DNA of 63,543 bases, filler included. It is 4 parts of 4 records of this genome, joined end to end, with 100 filler letters (N's around TTAATTAATTAA, not from the genome) between each part and the next. Parts side by side here need not be neighbours in the genome. Positions count along the whole stretch, not along the records: positions 18,995 to 38,914 come from SRR31156797_334; positions 39,015 to 55,986 come from SRR31156797_341; 2 more parts are not named here. One strand, 5' to 3'. This document shows, in pieces, positions 32,258 through 40,780 of the stretch. The translations under genes were made by a program, and so were the position numbers. Each line of letters begins with the position of its first letter. Position 1 is the stretch's first letter. The notes beneath the pieces were generated by a model. It was given only the letters and a program-made list of their open reading frames with translations, did not search any database and had not been told where the DNA came from.

Positions 32258-33754
32258 ATGAACTTTGAAATGCTGCTGGCCGGATTCGCCAGCGTTTTAC
32301 ATTGGAAGTCTCTGATGATGGTTTTCTTCGGCGTGACCGGAGGGATCATGGTCGGCTCCCTCCCCGGACTGACCGCCACCATGGGCGTGGCCCTCCTGGT
32401 TCCCTTTACCTTCGGCCTTCCCATAAACCAGGCCATGGGCATGCTCCTGGGAATCTTCAGCGGGGCCATCTACGGCGGCTCCATATCGGCCATCCTGATC
32501 CGGACGCCCGGTACCCCAGCCGCCGCGGCCACCCTGCTGGACGGCTATCCCATGGCCAAGCGCGGGGAAGCGGGACGGGCCCTCAGTATGTCGGTGTTCG
32601 CCTCCTTTGTCGGCGGATTCACGGGGGCCCTGATCATGTCCTTCCTCTCGCCCCAGATCTCCAAGGTGGCCCTGAAGTTCGGTGCCCCCGAGTACTTCGC
32701 CCTGGCCGTCTTCGGGCTGAGCATCATCATCTCCGTCTCGGGGAACTCCATCATAAAGGGGATCATCGCCGGATTCTTCGGCCTGCTGATCTCCACCATC
32801 GGCTTCGATCCCATCTCGGGATTCCCCCGCTTCACCTACGGTTCCATGGACCTCTTCGAGGGGCCCGCCTTCATCCCGACCCTGATCGGTCTGTTCGCCT
32901 TCTCCGAGGTGTTCAAGGGCGTGGAAACCATCACCAGCAAACAGAGGGTGGAGAACAAGCTGAACCGCCTCTTCCCCGAGTGGAAGGATATCAAGGCCTC
33001 CTGGAGGGACATCCTCAAGTCCAGCATCATGGGGACCTTCATCGGCTCCATCCCCGGCGCGGGAAGCGACATCGCCGCCTTCGTCGGCTACAGCGAGGCC
33101 AAGCGCCGCTCCAAAACCCCTGAGAAGTTCGGGACCGGGACCATCGAGGGCGTGGCCGCAGCTGAGGCCGCCAACAACGCCTGTACCGGCGGGGCCATGA
33201 TCCCCATGCTCTCCCTGGGCGTGCCCGGCGACGCGGTAACGGCGGTCCTGCTGGGAGCCTTCGTCGTTCAGGGGCTTCAGCCCGGCCCCCTCCTTTACAG
33301 GGATCATCTGGACGTGGTCTACGCCGTATTCGCCGCCATGATGATCGCCAATATCGTGATGTTCATCGTCGGTTCCTTCGGCGCCAGGCTCTTCGCCAAG
33401 GTGATCACCGTTAACAGAAGCATCCTGCTTCCCGTCATCTTCGTGCTCTCCGTGGTGGGCTCCTTCTCCATGCGGAACAGCATGTTCGATGTCTGGGTGG
33501 CCCTGATCTTCGGTGTGATCGGGTACTTCCTGCAACGCTACAACTTCCCCGTCTCTCCGATCCTTCTGGCCCTGATCCTCGGCCCCATGGCCGAAAGCAA
33601 CCTGCGCCGGGCCATGGTGATCTCCGACGGGAATCCCCTGGTGGTCTTCACCCGGCCCATCAGCGCCCTCTTCCTTGTGCTGGGAGTGGTCTCCCTGGTT
33701 TCATCGGTGATGAGGCAGAGAAAAAGCGAGGCCCGTCAGAGGGCCGAAACCTGA
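32258..33754 (+). CDS. tctA: TctA large membrane subunit
   Basis: LPGLTA, YGGSISAIL..PGTP, AEAANNA, GVPGD, QPGP. Confidence 0.95.
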   Translation: MNFEMLLAGFASVLHWKSLMMVFFGVTGGIMVGSLPGLTATMGVALLVPFTFGLPINQAMGMLLGIFSGAIYGGSISAILIRTPGTPAAAATLLDGYPMAKRGEAGRALSMSVFASFVGGFTGALIMSFLSPQISKVALKFGAPEYFALAVFGLSIIISVSGNSIIKGIIAGFFGLLISTIGFDPISGFPRFTYGSMDLFEGPAFIPTLIGLFAFSEVFKGVETITSKQRVENKLNRLFPEWKDIKASWRDILKSSIMGTFIGSIPGAGSDIAAFVGYSEAKRRSKTPEKFGTGTIEGVAAAEAANNACTGGAMIPMLSLGVPGDAVTAVLLGAFVVQGLQPGPLLYRDHLDVVYAVFAAMMIANIVMFIVGSFGARLFAKVITVNRSILLPVIFVLSVVGSFSMRNSMFDVWVALIFGVIGYFLQRYNFPVSPILLALILGPMAESNLRRAMVISDGNPLVVFTRPISALFLVLGVVSLVSSVMRQRKSEARQRAET

Positions 33755-33908
33755 TATGTACTGACTTCCCCTTCGGAAGCTTTCTCCTTTGTCGGCCCTG
33801 AGGGCCTGGCGGGGCTGTCTTCTCTGTCAGAGAGGCAGCCCTGTTTTTTTCTGTTTCCTGCGACGCTGCCTCCTTCGCTCCTGAAGGAGGCAGCGGGGCC
33901 ACAGTCTC

Positions 33909-35081
33909 TCATCCCTCATGCCTTCCCAGGCTCAGGGGAGTATGTGTCCTGTTCAGCAACTCCGAAGTCGCCAGCATCATCACCGCGGCAATGAGGATGA
34001 TAACGGGGTATATATCCATGCCTGTGAGCCGGAGGGCGAATCCCAGGAGGGGCGGGAAGAGGGTGCTCCCCGTGTAGGCGAAGCCCATCTGGTAGCCTAT
34101 CAGCTTCTGGGAGTGTTCCTCGCCGAACCGGGCGGGCGTCTCATGAAGCATGGCCGGGAAAATGGGCGCCAGGCCCAGGCCCGACAGAACAAAGGCCAGT
34201 CCTGTCAGGGCCGCGGGAAGCGGCAGGACAAGCAGTATGATCCCCGAGAGGCTTATCCCTATCCCCGATCTGATAAGCTGCCGGTTGCTCAGAGAGAGGG
34301 ATACGAAGCCGCTCAGGAAGCGTCCCGCCGTGATGCCTCCGTAGTAGAAAGACATCCAGAGGGCGGCCCTGTCCAGGGAAAGCCCTTTCGCCTTTACCAT
34401 AAAGCTGCTCCCCCACAGTCCCAGACCGCTTTCGATGGAACAGTAGAGGAACATGGTGGCAAAGGCCGGCACGGCTCTCTGCATCGACAGGGCCGAGCCC
34501 TCCGACTCCTCCTTCTTTCCCTCTTCGTACCCCTGTTTGCCCCGCCAGAACGGGAGGCTTAGCAGAAGGATCAGGGCCAGGCTCATCTGGATCAGGGAGA
34601 TGTTCTGATACCCTCCGCGCCAGCTGCCGTTCCCCGAGAGGGCCCTCCCCATGATCAGGGGACCCAGGGTGGCGCCCACCCCCCAGAATGAGTGGAGCCA
34701 GTTCATGTGCCGGGCCTTGTAGTTGAGGGCCACGTAGTTGTTCAGGGCCGTATCCACCGCTCCCCCGCCCAGCCCCAGGGGGACGGCCAGGAGCAGGAGG
34801 ATGCCGAAGGAGGGGGCCAGGGAGAAGCCCAGCAGGGTGACGGCTGTGATCAGGGCGCTGACAAAGGTGACCCGCGCCGTCCCCAGGCGGGCGATGACAT
34901 GCCCGCTCAGGAAGCTGGATACGATGGTGCTTCCCACTATGACCATGGAGAGGAGCCCCCCCGTGCTGAGGAGGATGTTCTGTCCGGCGCAGATCGCCGG
35001 CAGGGCCGCACCCAGTATGGAGTCGGGGAGGCCCAGGCTGATAAACGCCAGATAGATAATAACTAGGATCAGTACGGTCAT
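33909..35081 (-). CDS. MFS transporter (FucP-like)
   Basis: ISLGLPDS, DTALNNYVA, WLHSFWGVGAT, 12 TM helices. Confidence 0.9.
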   Translation of the reverse strand: MTVLILVIIYLAFISLGLPDSILGAALPAICAGQNILLSTGGLLSMVIVGSTIVSSFLSGHVIARLGTARVTFVSALITAVTLLGFSLAPSFGILLLLAVPLGLGGGAVDTALNNYVALNYKARHMNWLHSFWGVGATLGPLIMGRALSGNGSWRGGYQNISLIQMSLALILLLSLPFWRGKQGYEEGKKEESEGSALSMQRAVPAFATMFLYCSIESGLGLWGSSFMVKAKGLSLDRAALWMSFYYGGITAGRFLSGFVSLSLSNRQLIRSGIGISLSGIILLVLPLPAALTGLAFVLSGLGLAPIFPAMLHETPARFGEEHSQKLIGYQMGFAYTGSTLFPPLLGFALRLTGMDIYPVIILIAAVMMLATSELLNRTHTPLSLGRHEG

Positions 35082-35139
35082 TGCGTTCTCCTATAAAAAG
35101 TCAACCATAAGCTCAAAAGGTACTTACAGTTGAACTGGT

Positions 35140-36252
35140 TTAACCAGCTTTCACGGCGTTCCATGCAGCCGCTTGCATTTCCAGATATTTCTTATCAGGA
35201 GCCATTCTCAAAGGATCAAATGGCTCTCTTGTTTTCAGCATCATGTAAACGATGGAGCTCATCTTTCTGGCTGTAGCAATAATGCTCTGGCCACTGCCTT
35301 TTGCTTTCTTCATGACCCGGTATTTACTCATAATCCTGTATTCACCGGTTTTCTTGCTGTTTCGGACCATTCCCAAGACACTTTGCACCATTGCCGTTCT
35401 CAGTTCCTCTGGTCCCCTCTTAGTTATATGCCCATGATGTATCGTTTCATTTGAATTCTGAACCCAGGGAGCAAGGCCTATGTAAGAGGCAAACTTTTTT
35501 GGACTGTCGTACCGGGAGATATCATCCATATAGGCCCTAATCGTGGAGGCTGTGATGATCCCGACTCCTGGAATCGTCATCAAAAGCTCTACATCTTCAT
35601 CATTCTCTACCAAGCTGAGGATTACTTTCTCCAGATTCTTGACCTGCGCCGATAACTGGTCTATCGTTTCAAACAGCGGTTCTACCGCTTTGGCAGCGCC
35701 TCCGATATACCTATGGTCCGCGAGACCCTCAAGGATGCGCTGCCTTTCTTTTTTACTCTGCAGCTCTCCTCTCTTGCTCTCGATCCCATACCCCAACAGA
35801 AGCCCGTGTATCTGGTTCTTCACACTCACCATGGTTCTAACCAGTAGCGTTCTGGTTTTAAGTACTCGCCGAAGGTCTTCGCTCTCCTGTGAACATAAAA
35901 CCGATTCGGGGAGCATCCCTTTCTCAAGGAACTCGGCGAGTGTTCGGGCATCATGCTTGTCGGTCTTTTTCACCGATTCATTCACAACCTTGAACTTCAG
36001 GGTATTCACGACGGTTACATCGATGCCTGCCCTGAGCAGCCTGTTCCTGAAATACCTGGCATTGCCCGTGGACTCGACGGCTGTCGATACCTCATACCCC
36101 TCTTCCGTAAACTCTCCGGTCTTGGCAAGAAACTCTTCAATTCCCTTTTCACTGACCGGGTACATTCCCGATCCCTGAACCTTTCGACTCTCTCCCAGAA
36201 AACACACGGTGAATTGGGTTTTGTGCAGATCCACTCCGATACTCATCTTCAT
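35140..36252 (-). CDS. IS110-family DEDD recombinase/transposase
   Basis: GVDLHK, VEST, KTDKHDA (DEDD RuvC-like); IPGVG and GLAP..NS (Tnp domain serine). Confidence 0.96.
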   Translation of the reverse strand: MKMSIGVDLHKTQFTVCFLGESRKVQGSGMYPVSEKGIEEFLAKTGEFTEEGYEVSTAVESTGNARYFRNRLLRAGIDVTVVNTLKFKVVNESVKKTDKHDARTLAEFLEKGMLPESVLCSQESEDLRRVLKTRTLLVRTMVSVKNQIHGLLLGYGIESKRGELQSKKERQRILEGLADHRYIGGAAKAVEPLFETIDQLSAQVKNLEKVILSLVENDEDVELLMTIPGVGIITASTIRAYMDDISRYDSPKKFASYIGLAPWVQNSNETIHHGHITKRGPEELRTAMVQSVLGMVRNSKKTGEYRIMSKYRVMKKAKGSGQSIIATARKMSSIVYMMLKTREPFDPLRMAPDKKYLEMQAAAWNAVKAG

Positions 36253-36264
36253 CTTCGACTCCTG

Positions 36265-36445
36265 TCGTTTGAACAGCGCCTTTACGGTGAATTGATTCCA
36301 TTCTCCTATTCGGTCTCGCAGACCATTGAATGTTCCGGTTACGGCTCTTCATTCTCCTTTACGGTCTCGCAGACCAGTAGCAATGGCGAACAATAACCTG
36401 CTGTATCAAACTGGGTTTAATACAGTTTATCAATCCACAAGCCTA
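36265..36445 (-). ncRNA. Putative IS110 bridge RNA; ends approximate
   Basis: Two 27-nt repeats (36299-36325, 36350-36376; 25/27 identical) each with a GGTCT-GCG-AGACC hairpin; variable parts match target and donor junctions. Confidence 0.75.
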
Positions 36446-36476
36446 TGATGACTTTTTATCATTCCTCCTTTACTCG

Positions 36477-37505
36477 CTATGAATAGACGCGTCTCACGAC
36501 CTCAAAGCCGCAGGACATCTTCTGAAGGGCCATAAACTGAAGGCCTCTGATATAGCAGAAGTGGATATCCTCTTCGAAGATCAGCCGGGGGCAGTGGCCC
36601 GGAGGGGCCGCATGCCTTAGCAGCTGTTCGATGCTGGCTCTGAACTCCCGGTCGAAGAGCTCTCCCGTCAGGACCACCGTCTCCGGATTGATGACGCAGT
36701 TGATGGAGAGGATGGTGTTGATCACCAGCTCCCTGAAGACTATGACGTTCTTCTGGGCCGATCCCTGCAGGGTTCTGTCCAGGACCTGGGGCAGATGGGA
36801 TATCTCCCCGGCAAAGTCTGAAGCCCCGTGTATGATCCGGCCGTTGATCACGATGCCCGCACCCGCGTTACCCTCCCGGGGATAGTAGAGATAGGCCAGG
36901 CTCTCCGCTTTTATGTCCTTCTGATGATGGTAGTAGCCCAGGGCGGCGCAGTTTACGTCGTTTCCCACGAGAACCGGCCTCTTCCATTTTTCTGAGAGGT
37001 ACTCGCTCAGGGGAAGATGGCTGAGCTTTTCTAAGTCGCAGAGCCCCGTCGATCCTTCCTGAACCACCCCGGGAACGCCCAGTGCGATGACTCCCAGGGC
37101 AGGTACGGCGGCGGTCATAGCTTCGATCTCCCGGTCCAGGACTTCCAGATCGATCTCTTCATAGCCTTCAAGGTTTTCATAGCTCTTCTCTCCCGCCATA
37201 TTGAGTACGGTGCTGTACAGGGTTTTCCTCTTCCCCTCTATCCGGGGGTAGAGGAGAGCTATATGGGCGTGGTTCGGGTTGTATACGAAGCGGCGGGAGG
37301 GCCTGCCGCCTGTGGAATCGGCCAGATCTATCTCCCGGGCCTCTTCCGCATCGCAGAGTTCGTTCAGTATGGTCCGGCAGGTTCCCGGACTCAGTCCTGT
37401 TTCCCGGGCTATTTCATCCTTGGTGGACGCGTCCCTCTCTTTCAGGGCGCTGCGCACCAGCTCTCTGTTCAATTCTTTTATCTGCGCCGTGTTCATGCCG
37501 TCCAT
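36477..37505 (-). CDS. ROK family transcriptional regulator
   Basis: N-terminal HTH, STGGRP, GVPG, NDVNCAALG, FAGEI. Confidence 0.92.
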   Translation of the reverse strand: MDGMNTAQIKELNRELVRSALKERDASTKDEIARETGLSPGTCRTILNELCDAEEAREIDLADSTGGRPSRRFVYNPNHAHIALLYPRIEGKRKTLYSTVLNMAGEKSYENLEGYEEIDLEVLDREIEAMTAAVPALGVIALGVPGVVQEGSTGLCDLEKLSHLPLSEYLSEKWKRPVLVGNDVNCAALGYYHHQKDIKAESLAYLYYPREGNAGAGIVINGRIIHGASDFAGEISHLPQVLDRTLQGSAQKNVIVFRELVINTILSINCVINPETVVLTGELFDREFRASIEQLLRHAAPPGHCPRLIFEEDIHFCYIRGLQFMALQKMSCGFEVVRRVYS

Positions 37506-37536
37506 TAAAGATTCCTCCCAGATCTAGAATCTACAT

Positions 37537-37557
37537 AATTTAAGTCTTGAATAAAGT
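37537..37557. promoter_or_regulatory. Possible ROK operator
   Basis: Imperfect AT-rich palindrome AATTTAAGTCTTGAATAAAGT upstream of the ROK gene. Confidence 0.3.
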
Positions 37558-37648
37558 GTTACATTAATAAGAAGCTTTGGCAACATCCAGCCTGTTGAAA
37601 TTCAGGTGTTGAGGTAAGGAATTCCATGTCTCCCCCGTCTAATCGGGT

Positions 37649-38353
37649 ATGAAAGGTAAAACAGTTTTAGGTTTTTTGTTGATTTTGATCACACTCCCGA
37701 TCCTGAGCGCAGGCTCACAGTCCATCATGGAGGACTTCGGCTCTCTTGAAAACTGGAAGCCCCTGACCTTCCCGAAGATCGAAGCCCACAGCCGCTATAG
37801 TCTGGAAAGGGAGGGGGAGACCGACTACCTGCGGGCCGAGTCGGAGGCCTCTGCCTCCGGCCTTGTCCTTAAGGAGAGTTTCGATGTGAGAGACACCCCG
37901 GTCCTGAGATGGAGATGGCGGGTGGACGGAACCGTTGACGGGGGAAACGGGGAACGCAAGTCGGGTGACGACTATGCCCTCCGTATCTATGTGATCTTCG
38001 AGTACGATCCGGATACGGCCAGGGGCCTGAAAAAGTTCCAGTACAACCTCGCCCGAGGGCTCTACGGAGAGTATCCTCCCGACTCCGCCCTGAACTACAT
38101 ATGGGCTAACAGAAAGCGGGAAAATCCCGAACTCCCCAATGCCTACACGGACAGGGCTGTGATGATCGCCGTCGACGAAGGGGAAGAGCATATCGGACAG
38201 TGGAGGGAATACCGTGTGAACATCCTGGATGATTACAGGAGGATCTTCGGGGAGGAACCGCCCCCTGCCGCTTCCCTGGCCATCATGTCCGACTCCGACG
38301 ATACGGGGAATGAGGGCGGAGGAGATATAGATTATATCATTCTCAGTCCTTGA
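37649..38353 (+). CDS. DUF3047 family exported protein
   Basis: PVLRWRW, GDDYALRIYV, LNYIWA, IMSDSDDT motifs. Confidence 0.8.
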   Translation: MKGKTVLGFLLILITLPILSAGSQSIMEDFGSLENWKPLTFPKIEAHSRYSLEREGETDYLRAESEASASGLVLKESFDVRDTPVLRWRWRVDGTVDGGNGERKSGDDYALRIYVIFEYDPDTARGLKKFQYNLARGLYGEYPPDSALNYIWANRKRENPELPNAYTDRAVMIAVDEGEEHIGQWREYRVNILDDYRRIFGEEPPPAASLAIMSDSDDTGNEGGGDIDYIILSP

Positions 38354-38384
38354 AGGAGCTTCCCCTTTCCCTGTACTGTAAGGT

Positions 38385-38914
38385 ATGAATTGTCTTGAGT
38401 TCGAACGAGACCGCTTCGGCGGCGTAGTGATAAACGGTGAAAACCTTCCATCCAGGGAGGACTATCCCTCCGTACTGGGTGACACCTTGAACCTCCTGAA
38501 AGGGGAGGGGATAAAACTGGTCTGGCTCTTTCTTCCCCTGGAGCGTTCCGATCTTGTAGAGGCCTCCACGTCAGTCGGTTTCACCTACCATCATGCCGAT
38601 GAGAAGGGGCTACAGCTGACCCTGGCCCTTGTAGGGGGTGCCTTTATTCCCGGTTACGCCACCCATTACATCGGGGCCGGCGGGGTGCTTCTGGATGATG
38701 ACATGCGCATCCTGGTTATTCAGGAAAAGTACCACACCCGAAAGCACTATAAGCTGCCGGGAGGGGCTCTGGATCCGGGGGAGCATATCTCCGACGCCGT
38801 GGTCCGGGAGATCCGGGAGGAGACGGGGATAGAGGCGGAGTTTCTCTCCCTTCACAGCTTCCGCCACTGGCACGACTATCGCTATGGCAAGTCGGATATC
38901 TATTTCGTCTGCCG
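38385..38914 (+). CDS. NUDIX hydrolase (NUDT6-like N-terminal domain), truncated by contig end
   Basis: GFTYHHA, PGYATH, Nudix box GGALDPGEHISDAVVREIREETG. Confidence 0.9.
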
Positions 38915-39014
38915 NNNNNNNNNNNNNNNNNNNNNNNNNNNNNNNNNNNNNNNNNNNNTTAATTAATTAANNNNNNNNNNNNNNNNNNNNNNNNNNNNNN
39001 NNNNNNNNNNNNNN
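38915..39014. other. Artificial contig linker
   Basis: N run, TTAATTAATTAA, N run. Confidence 0.98.
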
Positions 39015-39072
39015 GGGTGTTGTCCTTTCGTGAGAGTTTGCCGGGGTTGAAAAGGTAGTAGGATTTTTTCAT
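39015..39072 (-). CDS. cas1: Cas1 N-terminus (type I-B-like), truncated by contig end; not in ORF track
   Basis: Translates MKKSYYLFNPGKLSRKDNT, resembling the G-x-L-x-RKDNT start of I-B Cas1; lies directly downstream of cas4. Confidence 0.85.
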
Positions 39073-39111
39073 TGGTCAGGGTGTTAATTCATTCATTCAG
39101 TTTTATTTCAT

Positions 39112-39624
39112 TCACTCAGTCATTTCATCTGCCCAGCAGAAATCGAAATATGCACAGTTGCGGCATTTTGATTTTGCAAGCTTCCTGGGGACTTCATCCG
39201 TATTGATGATTTCACGGATTTGTTTTTCCATGCTCTGTATTTCTTCGCGGTCGGGAGAGCTAAGCAAAACTTCATCGCGGTAGCGCAATTTCGGATATTC
39301 GATGATTGCTGTGGCACCTTCGATGCCATTTTTTTCCAGCACATATATGTAATATTTCACCTGCCAAATGTGGGCATCCTCTTTTTTGTCAGATTTTTTT
39401 ACCTCGTGTATGATTTTATTTTGGGGATCGTAATAGTCGATTTTAATGCCATCAATTTCCAATTCGGTGTATTTGTCGCTTCGGCGCTGATAGGTGGTTT
39501 CGTGGATCAGCTTTCCTTCATAAACCAGGTTGGAGTTTTGTTCCATTTGGATATGGTTGGCAAAGAGCCAGAGCTTGCGGCGACAAATGATGTAATAGTT
39601 GAAGTGGGTTCCGGTGATGTGCAT
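39112..39624 (-). CDS. cas4: CRISPR-associated exonuclease Cas4
   Basis: YYIICRRKLWL, KID..HEVKKS RecB motif, QVKYY, CRNCAYFDFC Fe-S cysteines. Confidence 0.96.
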   Translation of the reverse strand: MHITGTHFNYYIICRRKLWLFANHIQMEQNSNLVYEGKLIHETTYQRRSDKYTELEIDGIKIDYYDPQNKIIHEVKKSDKKEDAHIWQVKYYIYVLEKNGIEGATAIIEYPKLRYRDEVLLSSPDREEIQSMEKQIREIINTDEVPRKLAKSKCRNCAYFDFCWADEMTE

Positions 39625-39640
39625 GATTTAAAGGTTGAAT

Positions 39641-39677
39641 GTTGAGCGAAGCGAAATCCCGCTGAGGGGATTGAAAT
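39641..39677 (+). repeat. Single 37-nt palindromic element resembling an orphan CRISPR repeat (or a dispersed Bacteroidota palindrome)
   Basis: GTTGAGCGAAGCGAAATCCCGCTGAGGGGATTGAAAT. Confidence 0.35.
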
Positions 39678-39685
39678 ATATATGT

Positions 39686-40738
39686 TTAAAAAGGCAGCTC
39701 ATCATTATCCGAAAACGGTTTTTTTGGTGGCCCTGCATTTTCATCGTCGGGTAAGTCTTCACCACAAGTGCAAAAATCGCCGAATGGGCAGGTCATTGGA
39801 TCACCGGTGCACAATTCGATTTCGTCGCCCGACAGCGGAAGATGTTTGACCTCGTAAATATCCCAGTACTCCCGGAGTGCTTCATATTTTATTTCGTGTG
39901 GTGCCTCATCAGGAAAATAAACTTTCAGGTGGCAGGTATCGAGCAGATGCAGCATGGCACGAAGCACTTTGCGGGTTTGAAGACCGTCCATATCAATGTG
40001 TTCAGGAAATACTTCATGGTTGATGCCGGTGAGTTCTTCCAGCGTTTGATAAGGATTTTCTATCAACTGCCGGGTGTCCTCAGCACCTCTTTCTTCATCG
40101 GTAGCAGGGCCCGGCTTTGGCTCCATGAATTTCGCAGCAGAGGCCTCCATGTCGCCGTTCAACTGTTCAACATAGCGTTCCATGGATTTTTCAGGCAAAA
40201 ACTCCGCCGGGCCTTTTGCTTCAATGGTTTTGATCTCTTTATCGAGCATGGCGATTTCGGTGGCATTATCTGATCGGAATAATCCATCGGCAGCCGCTTC
40301 CTCGTCTTCGAAATCCTTGCACCAGCAGAATTCTTTGAGGAAGGGGCAGGTTTGCGGGTCGTACTCGCAAAGCTCCACAAAACCTTCGCCCTCGCTCACC
40401 CAGGCAATATCTTTTTCCAGGAAATCCACCAGCACTTTGTAGGTAATACCTGCGGGCAGATTTTCAGGCAAATTCGGATAAAAATGATAGGCTTCCCACA
40501 ACCGGAGCATTTCCTTCACCATCATTTTTAGCTGTTTTTCGGTTAATTTTTCGGCCGGCGGAAACTGCTCCCTTGTAATCCCGAACCATTCCTGCATGGG
40601 TTTGGATTTGGCATTTTCCCATTCGATCACATATTCGATGCCCTCGGCTTCAGGCGGGATGTCGTAATAAGGTTTTGCGGGCACGTTTTTGGCCGCCCGG
40701 TGCATGTCGTCGATGAGGTGGGAGAGATAATGGTGCAT
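39686..40738 (-). CDS. Hypothetical protein with two copies of a Cys-rich domain and an SSB-like tail
   Basis: ELCEYDPQTCPFLKEFCWC and ELCTGDPMTCPFGDFCTC; ends DNDELPF. Confidence 0.8.
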   Translation of the reverse strand: MHHYLSHLIDDMHRAAKNVPAKPYYDIPPEAEGIEYVIEWENAKSKPMQEWFGITREQFPPAEKLTEKQLKMMVKEMLRLWEAYHFYPNLPENLPAGITYKVLVDFLEKDIAWVSEGEGFVELCEYDPQTCPFLKEFCWCKDFEDEEAAADGLFRSDNATEIAMLDKEIKTIEAKGPAEFLPEKSMERYVEQLNGDMEASAAKFMEPKPGPATDEERGAEDTRQLIENPYQTLEELTGINHEVFPEHIDMDGLQTRKVLRAMLHLLDTCHLKVYFPDEAPHEIKYEALREYWDIYEVKHLPLSGDEIELCTGDPMTCPFGDFCTCGEDLPDDENAGPPKKPFSDNDELPF

Positions 40739-40780
40739 TTGACAGATATGGTTTTGTTGATTTTAAGGTTTCTTGTAGCA

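Larger units (their letters stand above)
35088..36469 (-). mobile_element. IS110-family insertion sequence, about 1.38 kb, with AGGAG at both junctions
   Basis: Sub-terminal inverted repeats ATAAAAAGTCA (35093-35103) and TGACTTTTTAT (36449-36459); CTCCT at 35088-35092 and 36465-36469; AT-richer than host. Confidence 0.9.

Noticed and set aside
22834-33535. Many long antisense or alternate-frame ORFs in the GC-rich contig (e.g. 26456-28192, 30576-31775, 32297-33535)
   Set aside because: Shadow ORFs of well-supported genes caused by high GC3; no motifs
36299-36376. Two 27-nt repeats with a 24-nt spacer read as a mini CRISPR array
   Set aside because: They lie inside the IS110 non-coding end on a different contig from the cas genes and are better explained as bridge RNA loops
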